Shown: positions 39,834-53,063 of the stretch, in pieces | Layout: each line of letters begins with the position of its first letter | Numbering within the stretch: position 1 is the stretch's first letter | Source: Cycas panzhihuaensis | Taxonomy: Eukaryota; Plantae; Cycadophyta | NCBI GenBank assembly: GCA_023213395.1 | Contig: CM041465.1 | Coordinates: 81,847,741 to 81,911,740 of the forward strand | Direction of reading: 5' to 3' | DNA: 64,000 bases | Made by a program: the position numbers and the translations under genes | Notes under the pieces: generated by a model | Told to the model about the DNA's origin: nothing | What the model saw: only the letters and a program-made list of their open reading frames with translations | The model's database searches: none

Positions 39834-42800
39834 TAGGTAGATGGTACATATAACTTTGTATATTATTTTAATGATAAGTAATAGTGGTTTATTATTATAT
39901 GACTAATTTGTTATTAATGAAGTGATTGATTAGTTTGATGTTTGATTATATGCACATATAGAGACAAGTTAGATGGGATGTTCATGAGGTGTATACTTAA
40001 CAACCTCATATCATTTGTATATAGACTGGGGGAGTCACTAGTTTGGTAGGATGATCTAGAGTTTTTAGGCCCTTATGCTTAACGCATTGCCTTGGCTATC
40101 AGGGTTTGAGACTTATATAGGGCATTGGATAGACACTCATATGGTTGTATGAGAAATTAAAATGATGGTATGAGTGGGTAAGCTTTAGGGTTAGTTAGCT
40201 GCTCAAAAGTTAGAGGTGAGAGGATTAGAGATGTAACTTAAGGTTATTAAGGATGAGAGATGACATCTTAGGAGGATGTTAATCTTATAGGCAAGTGGAC
40301 AGGTGACTCCTTCAGTTAGTCAAAGTACTCAGTAGGGATGAGCCACTACACATTAAGGAGAGGCATCTTGTGGTCATGGTCTCCCAACAAAAGGAGACCA
40401 AGGTAGTTCCAAATAGCCTTGGTTATGATTATGACTATTTCCCCTTTGACATAAAAGGGGAGTGCCATTATATTATAGATAAATGACTCCCTACATTAGA
40501 AGTTTATTATGTATGTTATATTTTACGTATAGTGCTCATTATTATTTATGTATAAATTTATGTCCCTTCATTACTCATGTCATATGTATGAAATTGAGAT
40601 GAGTCTAACCTTGAATAGAATTCCCTCATTTTTTATCCCCAAAGTAGTTTTTATGTATGTATTAGGATATCCACTTTTAATTATTTACAAGTAGATTGTT
40701 GGATTTATTGATAAGCTTATGGATCCATGTTAGTGTCAGAGTAATTTCATGATATTTTATGGTTGTTTTAGACTGGATTATTATTACTACCATAATTTAT
40801 ACTCATTAGTAGGTGTCTTTTCGAAGTCATAGTTTAACCTTATTATAGAGTTGAGATAAATCCATTATTAGGAATGGAAGTGACTACCATAGTTCATACT
40901 CTTTAGTAGACATATTTTTAGAGTTATACTTTATCCTTATTATAAATGAAATGGGTTATGTATAGAATAGACTTTGTCTTATGATTAAGAGATAAGATTT
41001 CTCCTAACTTAGGCTCATGGATTATGATGTTCAATTATATAAGATATAAGAAAGTCAACTTTAAAGTTTTGGGTTCTTGGAATATGTTAGATGGAGACAC
41101 TTGGGAAATGTGATAATAAGGTGATTACTTGACTAAATAGGGAATGAAAATGAGTAGAACATATATGATAAACTTAAGTAAGTTGGAAAACTAAGATTTA
41201 AGAGTTAGAGAATAGGGTATTTGGTCTATTTTGAAAACTAAAATCATCTAAAAGGTCTTTGATAATAGTAAGGAATTCAACTTCATTGTTAGTTACTCGA
41301 GGAATAAAGAAACCATCACTAGTGATAATAATTCCTATATGATCACGAATAACCCATGACAAGGTAGAAATTCCAAGGTTCCCTCAACTCTTACCATTGG
41401 TATAAATGTTCTAAGCCATAATATGGAAATAGAATAAGCTTAGGGATGAATTGATAAATAAAGGGAAACTTCAAGAATCAACAAGTGTGTAATTTAGTCT
41501 TAATATAAATAAGGACTTCATAGCTTGGCTTCATCATGAGAACCATCTTTAAAGTTCCTATATGATGCACAAAACTAGATCCTAACCACATGATGTAGAT
41601 AGGGATGAAGTTGACACATGACTTGCCTCGAATGCCAAGAGGGTGCTAGTAATCATGTATACTATATACATATTTTTTAAGTTTTCTTTCTCCTTTTCTT
41701 TTTTTCCCTTTCCTTTTTTATATTATTTTATAATAATTTTTAAAGGAATGGTACTACTCCATACAATGATTTAAATGAGGGTCATGGTGAATTAGGCATC
41801 ATTGAACCTACTTTTTGGGTAACTTATCTCATCCACTCTCATGCTTGTTAAGAAATAGATGACTACAACTATCACATAATCTTTATCAAGATGTTGTGGA
41901 TGAATATGATTAAAATCCTAGGAAAGTATCATTCTAATTAGCTAAACCATGGTGGGAGTAAGATCTTAAGAGATATGCATGAGGAGAAGACAAAGATCCC
42001 ACCCTTAAGAGATGAACCACAGGGGCATACAAGATCTTCAATCAAATTGTCTCCAAGTAGAGGGGGATTGCCCTTGAGAAACTTATTATCAAGGAGTATG
42101 AGGGGAACTATCAGTAGAATTTGCCTTGGTATTAAGTATCCAACAAATCATGAGAGGAGTGAGGTAAGAAATGATTACATATATAAACAAGCCTTTGCTC
42201 TTAGTATAATTTATAATAATGTGTCAATTGCTTTGGTATTTAGGGGTAATTTTGAACTATTGAAAGATAAAAGAGAACCCATAAGTCATTGCATACATTG
42301 TTGACTTATTAAAATGCAAAAGGAATTACTTGAATGTTGGAGAATACCAAATGAGGAAGCCAATTACTTATATTGATAATCAAGGGCCATCACAATGAGC
42401 CAAAATGAGGGAAGGAGACAATAATGACATAAGTGTAACCTTTTATTTGTTTTTGTTTTTTTTTTTATTTCTTTGCTTTTGTGATTTTTTTAAATTTTTT
42501 ACTTTTTAGATAATGAGGTATCTACATTTAGTTTATACTCACTTTAGAAGTAGATAAGGAACTTAAAAAAAAAGAAACAAAAGTAGTGTTGGAACAAGAG
42601 AGGTAGTCTTAAGATTAGGTAAAAGTAATTAGGAATGATTAAAGATTCTATTCCCATAAATTTAAGAATACTCAAAGAAATCATATAATATTAAGCTTGT
42701 GAGAGAAGAAAATTAGAATTATATAGGTTCCTCTAAAAAGAGTAACCTAATATAACGTAAATGATATAGTTAAGAAAGATCATATGAATATCAATCAACA

Positions 42801-43277
42801 TAAGGAAACTTTAGATGACTACCATTTAGATGGCATTTATGGAAATAAATTGGCTACTTAACAAGTGAGTAAGTGAACCCACTTAGCAAGCTACTAGACT
42901 CTTAAGCATGTAGGATTCTTGCTTGGCTATTCTTAGATGCAAAAGGCTTTGAGAGACTAAACCCCTGCCAAGGTCCTCCTTGGCCCATGATTCCCATATG
43001 GGTCTATCTTTTCAGCACTTCATCTTAAATCCTAAGTATGCCAAACTTGCCTTACCTTATATTTCTATTTTTTGGGGATTATAATGGGTGACATTTAAAA
43101 GTATGTAAAGGTAATGAAAGAAAAGAGTTATAAAACATGAATAGTTTTCCTTCTTTTGATAGAGATGACCTCTAGGTTCAAAACTTAGAGGGGAGTATAT
43201 ATGATATACTATAGTTTTGGCTCACTAAAAGAGATAATCTTTAGATCCCTAGTTTATACTCTAAGTGTAGTTACCTT

Positions 43278-45971
43278 TAAGCGTAATACTTCCTTAGGAA
43301 TTATGCATTTATTGACTTTTGGAATTCAAGTCCATCAAAGGTAGAAATGCAAAAGGCCCCATTATTTAGGTCTTCGATGACTAGGTAAGAGCTAACACAT
43401 TTAGATTTAATTTTTTGTTTTCTTCTCATGTAAATATTCAAGCTTAAGGACTTTATCCCCTAATTAAAACTTCTTAGGTCTTAAATGGTGATCATGGGCT
43501 ACTTGAGAATGATGTTTGAAAGCTAGATTCTTTTAATAAGCATCAAGATGGATGTCACCTGTCCCTTTTAGTTCTAAAAGTCTTTCTTATCTTAACCACT
43601 CTTCATTAGTAAAATGCTTAAGAAAAATCCTTGACGAGGGGATTTTTATTTCTAAAGGAAGCACAATTTTAGTGTCATATACTAATGAGAAAAGAGTCAT
43701 TTTTGTAGTGGTTCTAATTGAAGTATGATAAGCCCATAAAGTAGGATAAAGTTGAATATGAAAATCTCATTGAGATTTGATAACTATTTTGGCTAAGATT
43801 TTTGTTAAGGTTTCATTGAAGGCTTCAATTTGGCCATTAGCTTGGGGAAATAAGGGGATGACATCTTATGTGTAACATGAAATTTGTCATAAAGTTCATC
43901 AACTTGAGCATTATAAAATAAAGATCTATTATATGTAATGATGACATCAAGGATCCTAAAATGACAAATGATATGTTGAAGGATAAAGATAACAATTTAT
44001 TTACTAGTGGTATGGATCAAGAGAATTACTTCACTCTATTTTGTAAAGTATTTAATAGCAGTTATGATGAATTTATGACTTATGGGTGATGGAGGGTAGA
44101 TTTATAATATGAGATCAAGCCCCTATTGTGAGAACAACCAAGGGGCAAGGATTGATCTAAGTGAAGTAGATAGTTGATAGATTAAGGAGGAGTGTGCTTG
44201 ATATTTCTCACATTTTTGTACATATATGTGAGTATCCTTAAACAAAGATGGCCAATAATAGCCCATTTGAAGGATTTAGAAAGCTATTGATTGGCTAGCA
44301 AAATGACCATGAAAAATCCTATCGTGACAGTCAGTTAGAACAATTTGGGCCTCTAAAGATGAGAGATATCTTAATAGGATACCATAAAAGGAGTGTTTAT
44401 ATAATATGTTATCAAAAGGAAGGTATTTACATGTAGAGGCTCTCACACTTTTTCATTTCTTAGAATTGGCATCAAGGGGGTAAGTTTGATTATTAAGATA
44501 AACTTAAATGTCTTTATACCAATTGTTATCCATGGGTGCAGCATCGACTTATAAGATATGTTCATATTAGAGAGAAACATTGCTGCTTATAGAGTTATGG
44601 TTAGGTAATGATGTTATAGCAAGTTGTTCAATAATAACCATACCTTTCTTAGACTTATGGTTCACTATCCTTAGGTCAAACTCTTAGAGGAGAAGGGCTC
44701 ACTTAATAGTTAATCTTGTTAAATCAACTTTACTGAGTAGTAAATCAAGGGTTTATTTAGGCTATGATAAGAGTGGTGTTTCCTAATAGGCACTGGTGAA
44801 GTTTCTTAGTATCATAAAGTAAATCTAAACATTCCTTTTCAGAAGGATAGCAATTAAGTTTAATTTCTACTAAGGTGCGATTAATAAAGTAAATTATACA
44901 TTCTTTACTGAATTCATCTTCTTGGGCCAACATGGTGCTTAGTGAGTTTTTAGTGGATGAGGTGTATATAATAAATGGCTTGTAAAAATGGGGGGGCAGG
45001 GGGGGGGGGGGTTTGTGTTGTAAGGACGGGAGATGAAATAAGGGCTTATTTCAGTTTATCAAAAGACTCTTGAGTGGATGAAGTCCACTTGATGGGAGCA
45101 TCCTTCTTAAGGAGATTTGTTAAGGGTTTAGCATTCCAAGTAAAGTCCACTATAAAATGCCTAAAAAAATTAAATCTACCTAAGAAGAACTTGACTTGCT
45201 TTTGAGTTCGGGGACGTGGCATATCTACAATAATAGCTATTTTATTAGGATTGACTCTAATACTATCTCTAGAAATAAGGTTACCTAGTATTTTCCTAAA
45301 GGTGACTATGAAGATGTATTTGTTGGGATTCAAATAAAGTTAGTGCCTTTTACATTATTCAAAATTCTTTCTAAGGCTATGGATGTGGTTCTTTTGATAT
45401 AAGATAAGGCTAATATATCATCAAGATAAACGATAATGGTGTGCCCTAATAGGTCATGAAAGATAAAAACTATAGCCTACTGGGAACTAGCCCCAATATT
45501 TTTAAGACCAAAAGGCATACCTTTGTACATGAAGGTACCCTAAGGAGTGGTAAAAGTAATCTTATAATAATCTTTAGGGGAGATAAAGATCTAATTGTAA
45601 CATGAGAAATCATCCATAAGAGAAATTAATTCAATACCAATAGTTTGGTCCCAAATTTGATCAATGAAAGGAACTAGAAAATTATCTTTGGATAAAGAAT
45701 CATTAATGTCATGAAAATCAATACATATTCTAATAGAACCTTTTTTTTTTTAATAGGGATGATGTTAGAAACCCATTTTGAGTAGTTGATTAACTCAATA
45801 AAACCTAATTTAAGAAGTTTTTTAACTTCTTATTTAATGGCAATAGAGAGGCATGGGTGAATAGGTCTTTATTTTTGGCATTTGGACTTTGCACCAGGTA
45901 AGATTATAATGTTATAAACCATAACCTTATGTTGTAGGCATTTCATGTTATAATAGTCCCATGCAAAAATA
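43278..45971 (-). pseudogene. Decayed RT-RNase H-integrase of the Tat-like gypsy
   Basis: MPFGLKNIG, YLDDI, ISRDSIRVNPNKI and VKFFLGRFNFFRHFI (ORF 45046-45333), MGYYWPSLFKD, terminal FLRKYYA*. Confidence 0.85.
44990..45012 (+). repeat. Poly-G tract (G7-CA-G14) in the RT/RNase H linker
   Basis: Read directly; falls where a Pro-containing linker is expected on the minus strand. Confidence 0.85.
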
Positions 45972-48238
45972 GAAATATTCAATGTGATCCATCAAGGATC
46001 TTTTTGTGGTGGGCTTTTTCCTGAAAGGGTTTTCCCACATAAATCTTGTATACTATGCATCTATTTTCTATGTGTATATTTGTTTGCTTGTTATGTATGG
46101 TTAGCAATTCTATGGTTGGGAGCATTTGTGTATGATTTCAGGTTCTTGAATATGGTATCAGAGTTGTAGGGTCCTATATAGGTAAAGTTTAACATTGAGC
46201 AGGGTGAGGGATCATTGGTTGCCAAGTAATATCGTCTAACCTAAGACGAGTCTTAAGGGTCTATCAACCACAACAACATGCAAAAGTAGACACGGTATAC
46301 CAGTGGTGGTTGAAGTCACGAAGATCACTATTCAATGGAATATAAGGGTTTATTAGAGTTAATATTTAGGCCTGAAGTCCATGTTTATGATTGGAGTTAG
46401 CTCGTTGGGGTTCATCCAAAGCTGGTTGAAGAACTGTATCAGTCATTCAAGCTAGTGGAACATGTACTAATGGTGATTCAATGACTATAAGGATAACTAT
46501 CCTTATATATATATAATCTAGTTCAATTTTGAATAAAGCCGTCTAAATTTTTAATGAAATAAGCTTGTATTACTATCAAATCTTCTTCTTTGCACTAGTG
46601 GACATGATTAGAGCCAAGTTTCAGTGTTTTTCTATCCTTATCTGAGTGTTGGCCTGAGTACATAGCAATAATAGTTGAAGCTCATTGAGTAATACTATAT
46701 TTGGATGAGTCCAAACCTTATTTATTACTCGTATATATGAAATAAACCCACATATGGGATTTTTATGGCTGTTTATGGTTGTTATCTATGTGGCTGGGTG
46801 GATTACAAGTTGGCTAGGTGTTATATATATGACCACAGCCACATCTATATGTTAGACATTGACTAGGCATGTTTTATGTTGGATGGTCATGTGTTGTGTT
46901 GACTGGGCATGAGTAGGAGGCTACTGGGCAGAGTTGGGATAGTTTACGAGTCATACGGGATTGGGTGAAGGTCCCTATAATACCCACTAGTCTATGTAAT
47001 ATGTGTAGGTCACATATATGCTTTGGCTATCACACATTCCCATATCACATAAATATAACCTTTGAACCAAGTCATTTGATAATTATTACTAAGGTTTATA
47101 CTTAGTAAATAATTGTATGACTTATGTATTTTATTTTTACCATATGGTTTAAGTTAAAAGGCATGAGGTATATTGGAAAGTCGCAACCTAGAGAATATAT
47201 CTTTTGGTATATTCTTTTCAATTAAACTTTATAAAAGTGACCCTTAGACCATTGATGCATAACATATTTATCTATTGTAAAGTTATTGGGACATTCTTGA
47301 TCCATTTTAAGCACAAATTGAGGAGGTTATTATGTGTTTTTGACTTGGAGATTGTGCATCATCACATGTAGAGCCATTCTTTGGTTTGGAGAATATTTTT
47401 TAAGCCTTTATTTATATTGGTTGTGACATTTACATGGCTATTAAGGTCATTTATTGATGGTTAATGAGGGATAAATAATTGATGCCTCACTTAAAGTGGG
47501 TATAGTTTGTAAAGAGTGGATCTATCCTTCATCTCCATGCACTAAACACAAAGGCAAACATGGGAGCAAGAGAGACTTGAGAGAAAGAAAGTATCTCTCA
47601 TAAAATGGGGAGGTAAGAATGAATCTCCTCCATTGAGCTTTACTTTTATATTGAGAGAGGGAGAATTTGAGTTAGGTGAAATGAAATTACACATAATGCA
47701 CATGAAAGTGCATTTCACTTAAGTGATCTAATTTAAAGTTCACTTAAGACCCTTTTTCGAAATAATCAACTAATGTAATGACCTTATGTCATTAACCCTT
47801 TTCAATCTCCCCCTTAATGGTAGAAGGTCATTTCATTCTATTTTATTCTATCCTATGAGGTCTTCATTTGAGCCTCTTACAAAGCAAACTAGTATGATAC
47901 TTTTGTGGGAAACCCTCATGGGGAAGAAAACCCATAAATTTTCTAATCTACTAACCTGGCTCAGGTGGCTCTTTAAATGTAGCCAGATAACCAATCAGTA
48001 CAATAAATTTTGTAGCTGAAATCTACTGAGTCTCCATATACCATTTGGTCATCCCCCATGCCCTTTCGAGTTTTCATAGGTTCTGATTTTCCAAAATGAT
48101 ACAACCCTTATCCTTTCGCGCCCACATGGGGTTTTCACAAATGGGATAGAGCAGAGACTTACTCTTGTCCTTCCGCGCCCCACAAGGGGTTTTCACGAAG
48201 GAGACACAGTATGATGGTCCTATTGTCATCTCCTTCAA

Positions 48239-51200
48239 TCAATCAGAGATGGAGGCCCTAAGGCTAAGTTGCTTTTGGAACTGCTCAAACTTCACCCTCT
48301 TTAGTGGTTTAGTGAAGATATCGGCCACTTGATCTGCTGTGGGGCAGTACTCCAATTGAATTGTGCCATCATGAACTAGTTCTCTAATCCTATGGACTTT
48401 TGTACTTATATGTTTGGTACGATCATGAAATACAGGATTTTTAGCCATCTGGATTGTAGATTGATTATCTACATGTAAGCTAGTAGAACTTGTTTGGGTG
48501 GCATTTAATATATTCAACAATTTTCTAAGCCATATCACCTCCTTGCTTGTCTCAGAAATAGTAATGTACTCAGCTTTAGCAGTTGAGTCTGCAACTATCT
48601 TCTGCCGTCTGGATCTCCATGATATTGGTGCTGTTCCAAGAAATGTTACGTGCGGACATAGATCTTCCCGTGTCTTTATCTCCAAGAAAGTCTCGAGTCG
48701 TGTATGCATAAAGTTTAAATTACGCATTGGGTTCATACAATGCAGACCATATTTGCTAGTCGCCTTTAGGTATCTCAACACTCGTATTGCGGTTTGCCAA
48801 TGATTACGCTTAGGATTTGTCATGAATCTTGCAAGAATGCCGACGAGTGTGCAATATCTGACCTTGTGTTAGTAGTATAGATGAGACTACCTACAAGTTG
48901 CACAGAGTGTTGCATCTGCCTCCCTATTGTCACCATCAACCGAGAGCTTAATATTAGGGCTCCATAGGTGTATCCACCGTCGAGCACCTTCCAAGCTGAA
49001 ACTTTGTCAGAAGATCGTTGATATATTTTTCTTGGGAGAGAAAGATTTTGCCATCCTTTTGAGTTACTTCAATTCCCAAGTAATATTTCATCAACCCGAG
49101 GTCAGACAATTCAAAAGTTTTAGCAAGGTCCTTCTTCAGCTGGCTGATTACCTGTTCACTATTTCCCATTATGAGCATATCATCCACAAAGATTAAGAGG
49201 TAAGTAACTTTATCATTTTGGCACTTGATGAATAATGTTGCATCAATATCTTGATAGTCACAAACCTCATATCCAAGTTGCCTCATTCTTTCAGACAATT
49301 TGGTAAACCAAGCACGAGGGGCTTGCTTTAGGTAAATATAAGGACTTTTGAGCCTACAAACTTTATGCTCCCGAGTCAATCTCGTATCCTTCTAATGAGC
49401 CATGTAAATTTCTTCTTTAAGGTCCCCATTGAGAAATGCGGTCTTAACATCAAGTTGGTGGATTTTCCAACCGTGTTGAGTAGCCAAGGCTATAAGAGTT
49501 CTGATTGCAGGCCACTTGGTTGTAGGAGCAAAGATTTCAGTGTAGTCAATGCCTTCCCTTTGCGTGAATCCTTTTGCTACCAACCTCGCCTTGTGTTTTT
49601 CTAGGGTGCCATCTGATCTATACTTATTTTTGAACACCCATTTATTTTGAACTACCTTTCTTCCAAGTGGTAGATCAACAAGCTCCCATGTACCGTTCTT
49701 AATAAGAGATTGATACTCTTCGTTCATGGCATTTCTCCAAGCTGCATGCTTTACAGCTTCTTGGTACGTTAGGGGCTCTTCATTAAGACAAAGATGCAGT
49801 TCTGCAGGTTCAAGCTCAACGGAAAGTGATTCATGCATCCTTGCTCTATGGGCACTTCTGGTGCCAGTTTTGTCTACCTCATCTGGTCGCATGTCCTTGT
49901 GTAGCTGGTAGGCTTCACGAAAACCTCAAGTTGGGAATGAGGTTTTCATTTCCACATCCTCTTGATCTTCGTTTTGATCCTGAAAAGGATCATGTGAAAT
50001 ATTTGGCATGGAGGAAGTTGATGATGCTGGAGAAGATGGGCCAGCCACAGATGTTGGAGAAGATGATCCTTCTGCTATGGCTTTGCCTTTGTCAACTTGG
50101 CTATTCACAAATGATGGTGCTGGATGTGTACACATTGGATTGGAGTCACAGCTTATATCCTCTGAGGCTCTATTATTAGATTCCAAGATTTTAAGCAATT
50201 GTTCAGCATCTCCCCCCCTAAATTTTAGAATCTGGACATCAAATTCAGTAGCATCATTAAATCGGTATGAAGGCATCTTGGAGTCAAGTCTGAGTAGTCT
50301 CTACAAAGATAACATCTCTAGTGATGATGATTTTGCTCTCTGAAGGTATAAAAACCTTATATCCCTTTTTGTCCACAGGGTATCCGACAAAGATGCCTTT
50401 GATGGCTCTATCTTAGAGCTTATTTCTATGTTCCTACAAAATATGAGCATAACAAGTAGAGCCAAAAATTTTAAAGTGGGAGATAGAGGGGGTTTGTCCA
50501 TACCACATTTCATGTGGAGAGGGGCCGAGCTTGGAGGGACTAACAGTGTTGATGCAATACACAGCAGTCAAGATAGCCTCAGCCCAAAGATAGATAGGGA
50601 CATTCTTATATACCAGCATAGCACGAACCATATTCATGATGGTCCTGTTCATGTGCTCGACAACTCTATTTTGTTGGGGTGTACCTGCAACAGTGGTCTG
50701 ATATTTGATTCCATGTTGACGTAGGTACGATTCAAACTCATTGGATGTGTACTCGCCACCATTATCAGTCCTGAGTATTTTGATCTTGAATCCAGATTCA
50801 TTTTCCACGCGGGCCTTGAAAGCTTGAAACATAGAAAAAGCTTCATCTTTCTTTGCAAGAAAAGCAACCCATACTTTCTTGGTAAAATCATCAATGAAAG
50901 TAATATAGTACCACTTCTGTTTGATAGAAGGGATGGGCATAGGACCGCATATATCTGAGTGTACAAGCTGCAAAGGTTGGCTAGATTTCCATTGACTACG
51001 AGGAAAGGGTTGTCTTTGAGATTTAGCAATAATACATGCTTCACATTTAAAGGGCTTAGAGAGAACTTAGGCAAACCAGGAAGAGTGTCTTGTAGTTCTC
51101 TTAAGCGATCAATTTTGATATGGCCCATACGAGCATGCCATAGAGCTACTTGGGACAACTTTTGAGGAGTCAGGGTTGTGGTAAAAATAAATTCATCATC

Positions 51201-52767
51201 AACATAGTGGGCTTCAGAGGATGGTGAGCCAGTTAGGCGAAAAGTTTACCATCAAGAATTGGGTCATAACCACAAAGATTTGAAGGAGGGTGAATGACAT
51301 AGAGAGTTTGATTGTTTGTAGTTACACTCAGATAAAATCCACGAGAGACAAGGGTGGACAGGGAGAGTAGATTTTTCTTTAGAGCAGGAATATATAAAAC
51401 ATCAACAAGTGTAAAATCTGGAAGGCCTGGGAGTTTCAGGCAAACAGTTCTATGTCCTTCGACTGGCTGAGATGATTTGTCAGCCATGTGTATAACACCA
51501 TGAACTTCAGAGTCAAAATCTTGAAAGAACTGGTGATGACAAGTCATGTGTTGTGTTGCTCCAGTATCCATGATCCACTATGAAGTATTTGAGGTAGCAC
51601 TATTTGCAACTCCAAGTGGTGAAGGCAAAAGTGAATAAGCAAAGCCACAATGAGCCTCAATATACTTAGTGGATCTATCAACAGCATTTGATGAAGTGGT
51701 CCCAATTCTTTGAAGGTGTGCATGAGCAAATTACGTTCCACCAAAAGCATCTTCAAAAGAAGTATTATCAACATTATGTGCACCATGGTGTTGTTGATAA
51801 CTTGGTAGTTTGTTGGTGGCAGTTCTGTAATTTTTGGCATAATGTCCTTTTCTATTACACCTTTGGCACACGATTGTTTGATTTCCAGTCCAAGTATTGG
51901 GTGGTGGATTGTTCTCGACATCGGATCTAGGTCCAGTTGATTATTTTGGCCTTGGCCTTGAGACTGTTTTTGTTGGAATTGAGGAGCCTGTTGACTAAGA
52001 GAACGTTGTCCTTGTTGTCTACCTCTTCCTCTTCCACGGGAATTACCACCTCTACGAGAGTATTGACCTTGATTTTTGGTGTAACAAAGATCTTCTTCCA
52101 CTTCAAAAGCAGCATCAATTGGATCTGATGTAGTGGCAAAGTTGGTATCAAAGGTCTTATCAAATTCAATGAACTTATCAGCAAGATCCTCAAAGTTTAG
52201 GGTCTTCAAAGTTCCACTGGATTGAAGACTCCCAATAGATTTTTATAATGGGATATGGAGACATGATTGAATCAAGAAAGCCCATGTAATGCATTGAGTT
52301 TTAAAATCTTTATCAATGGCTTGCTTGATTGGACGAAGGAGATTGATTGTCTCACTTGTATATCCTTTCTGCGTTTTCAATTTGTTCATCTTCAGCACTA
52401 AGTGAACAAATTCTAAGTCTGATTTAGTGTCAAAGTTCTTCTTAAGAACTTCAAGAACTTTCCATCTTTGTATCATGTACAGCTTCATCAATGAGATTAT
52501 GCAGGGAATAATCAATGACAAGTAGTATCCCTGCACGGATTTTATCATCATCAAGTTCCCATTAGCGTTTAGCTACAGCTTCAGTGGGAGCAGTTGGAGC
52601 ACCTCCTTGAAAGCGATTGTGGTAGCAGCAACAGGTGGTGTAGGTTGTAAGTGATCTCTCCATAGACCTTCATACTTTGCAGCATTTCTGACACCAGTGA
52701 ACCACATGTCCCAATTTTCTTTCCCTTTTAGAATACAGTTCACATTTTGCTTGAACTGTGAAGACAT
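48239..52767 (-). pseudogene. gag-pol polyprotein of A', broken into ~11 ORFs
   Basis: MSSQFKQNVNCILKGKENW gag start, DTGATQHMT protease, LVHSDICGP/FIDDFTK/TDNGGEY integrase, HQLDVKTAFLNG and IFVDDML RT, ADIFTKPL RNase H. Confidence 0.95.
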
Positions 52768-52933
52768 TGTGTCTTTTTTTTTAAGGGAAGAAATGAACAA
52801 GGGACTATAAAAGTCATGGAAATAAATGACCGATCACTATTTACAAATGGGAAATGTAATGAAGTAGTGTAGAAGAAGGAAGAAGAAGTGAGAATGGTTG
52901 CTCAAAGATGAAGGGAGCAACTTAGAGAAAAGT

Positions 52934-53063
52934 CACCAACACTTGTGACAAATATTAACTTGACGCAGCAGGAATATGAGAAGCACTATGATAAAAATTG
53001 GCCACTAACACTTGTGGCAAATATTAACGACGACAATACGGGGAATATGAGAAGCACTATGAT
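52934..53063. repeat. ~70-bp direct repeat (2 copies) in the A' leader
   Basis: AACACTTGTGRCAAATATTAAC...GGAATATGAGAAGCACTATGAT at 52934-52992 and 53003-53063. Confidence 0.85.

Larger units (their letters stand above)
36762..45971 (-). mobile_element. Tat-like (OTA) Ty3/gypsy: RT-RH-INT, ~6-kb 3' region, PPT and 3' LTR remnant
   Basis: pol at 43278-45971; PPT AGGGGGCAAA (reverse, 37198-37207) abuts an LTR end ...GAAACA at 37197; tandem repeats and an extra ORF in the 3' region. Left limit uncertain. Confidence 0.7.
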
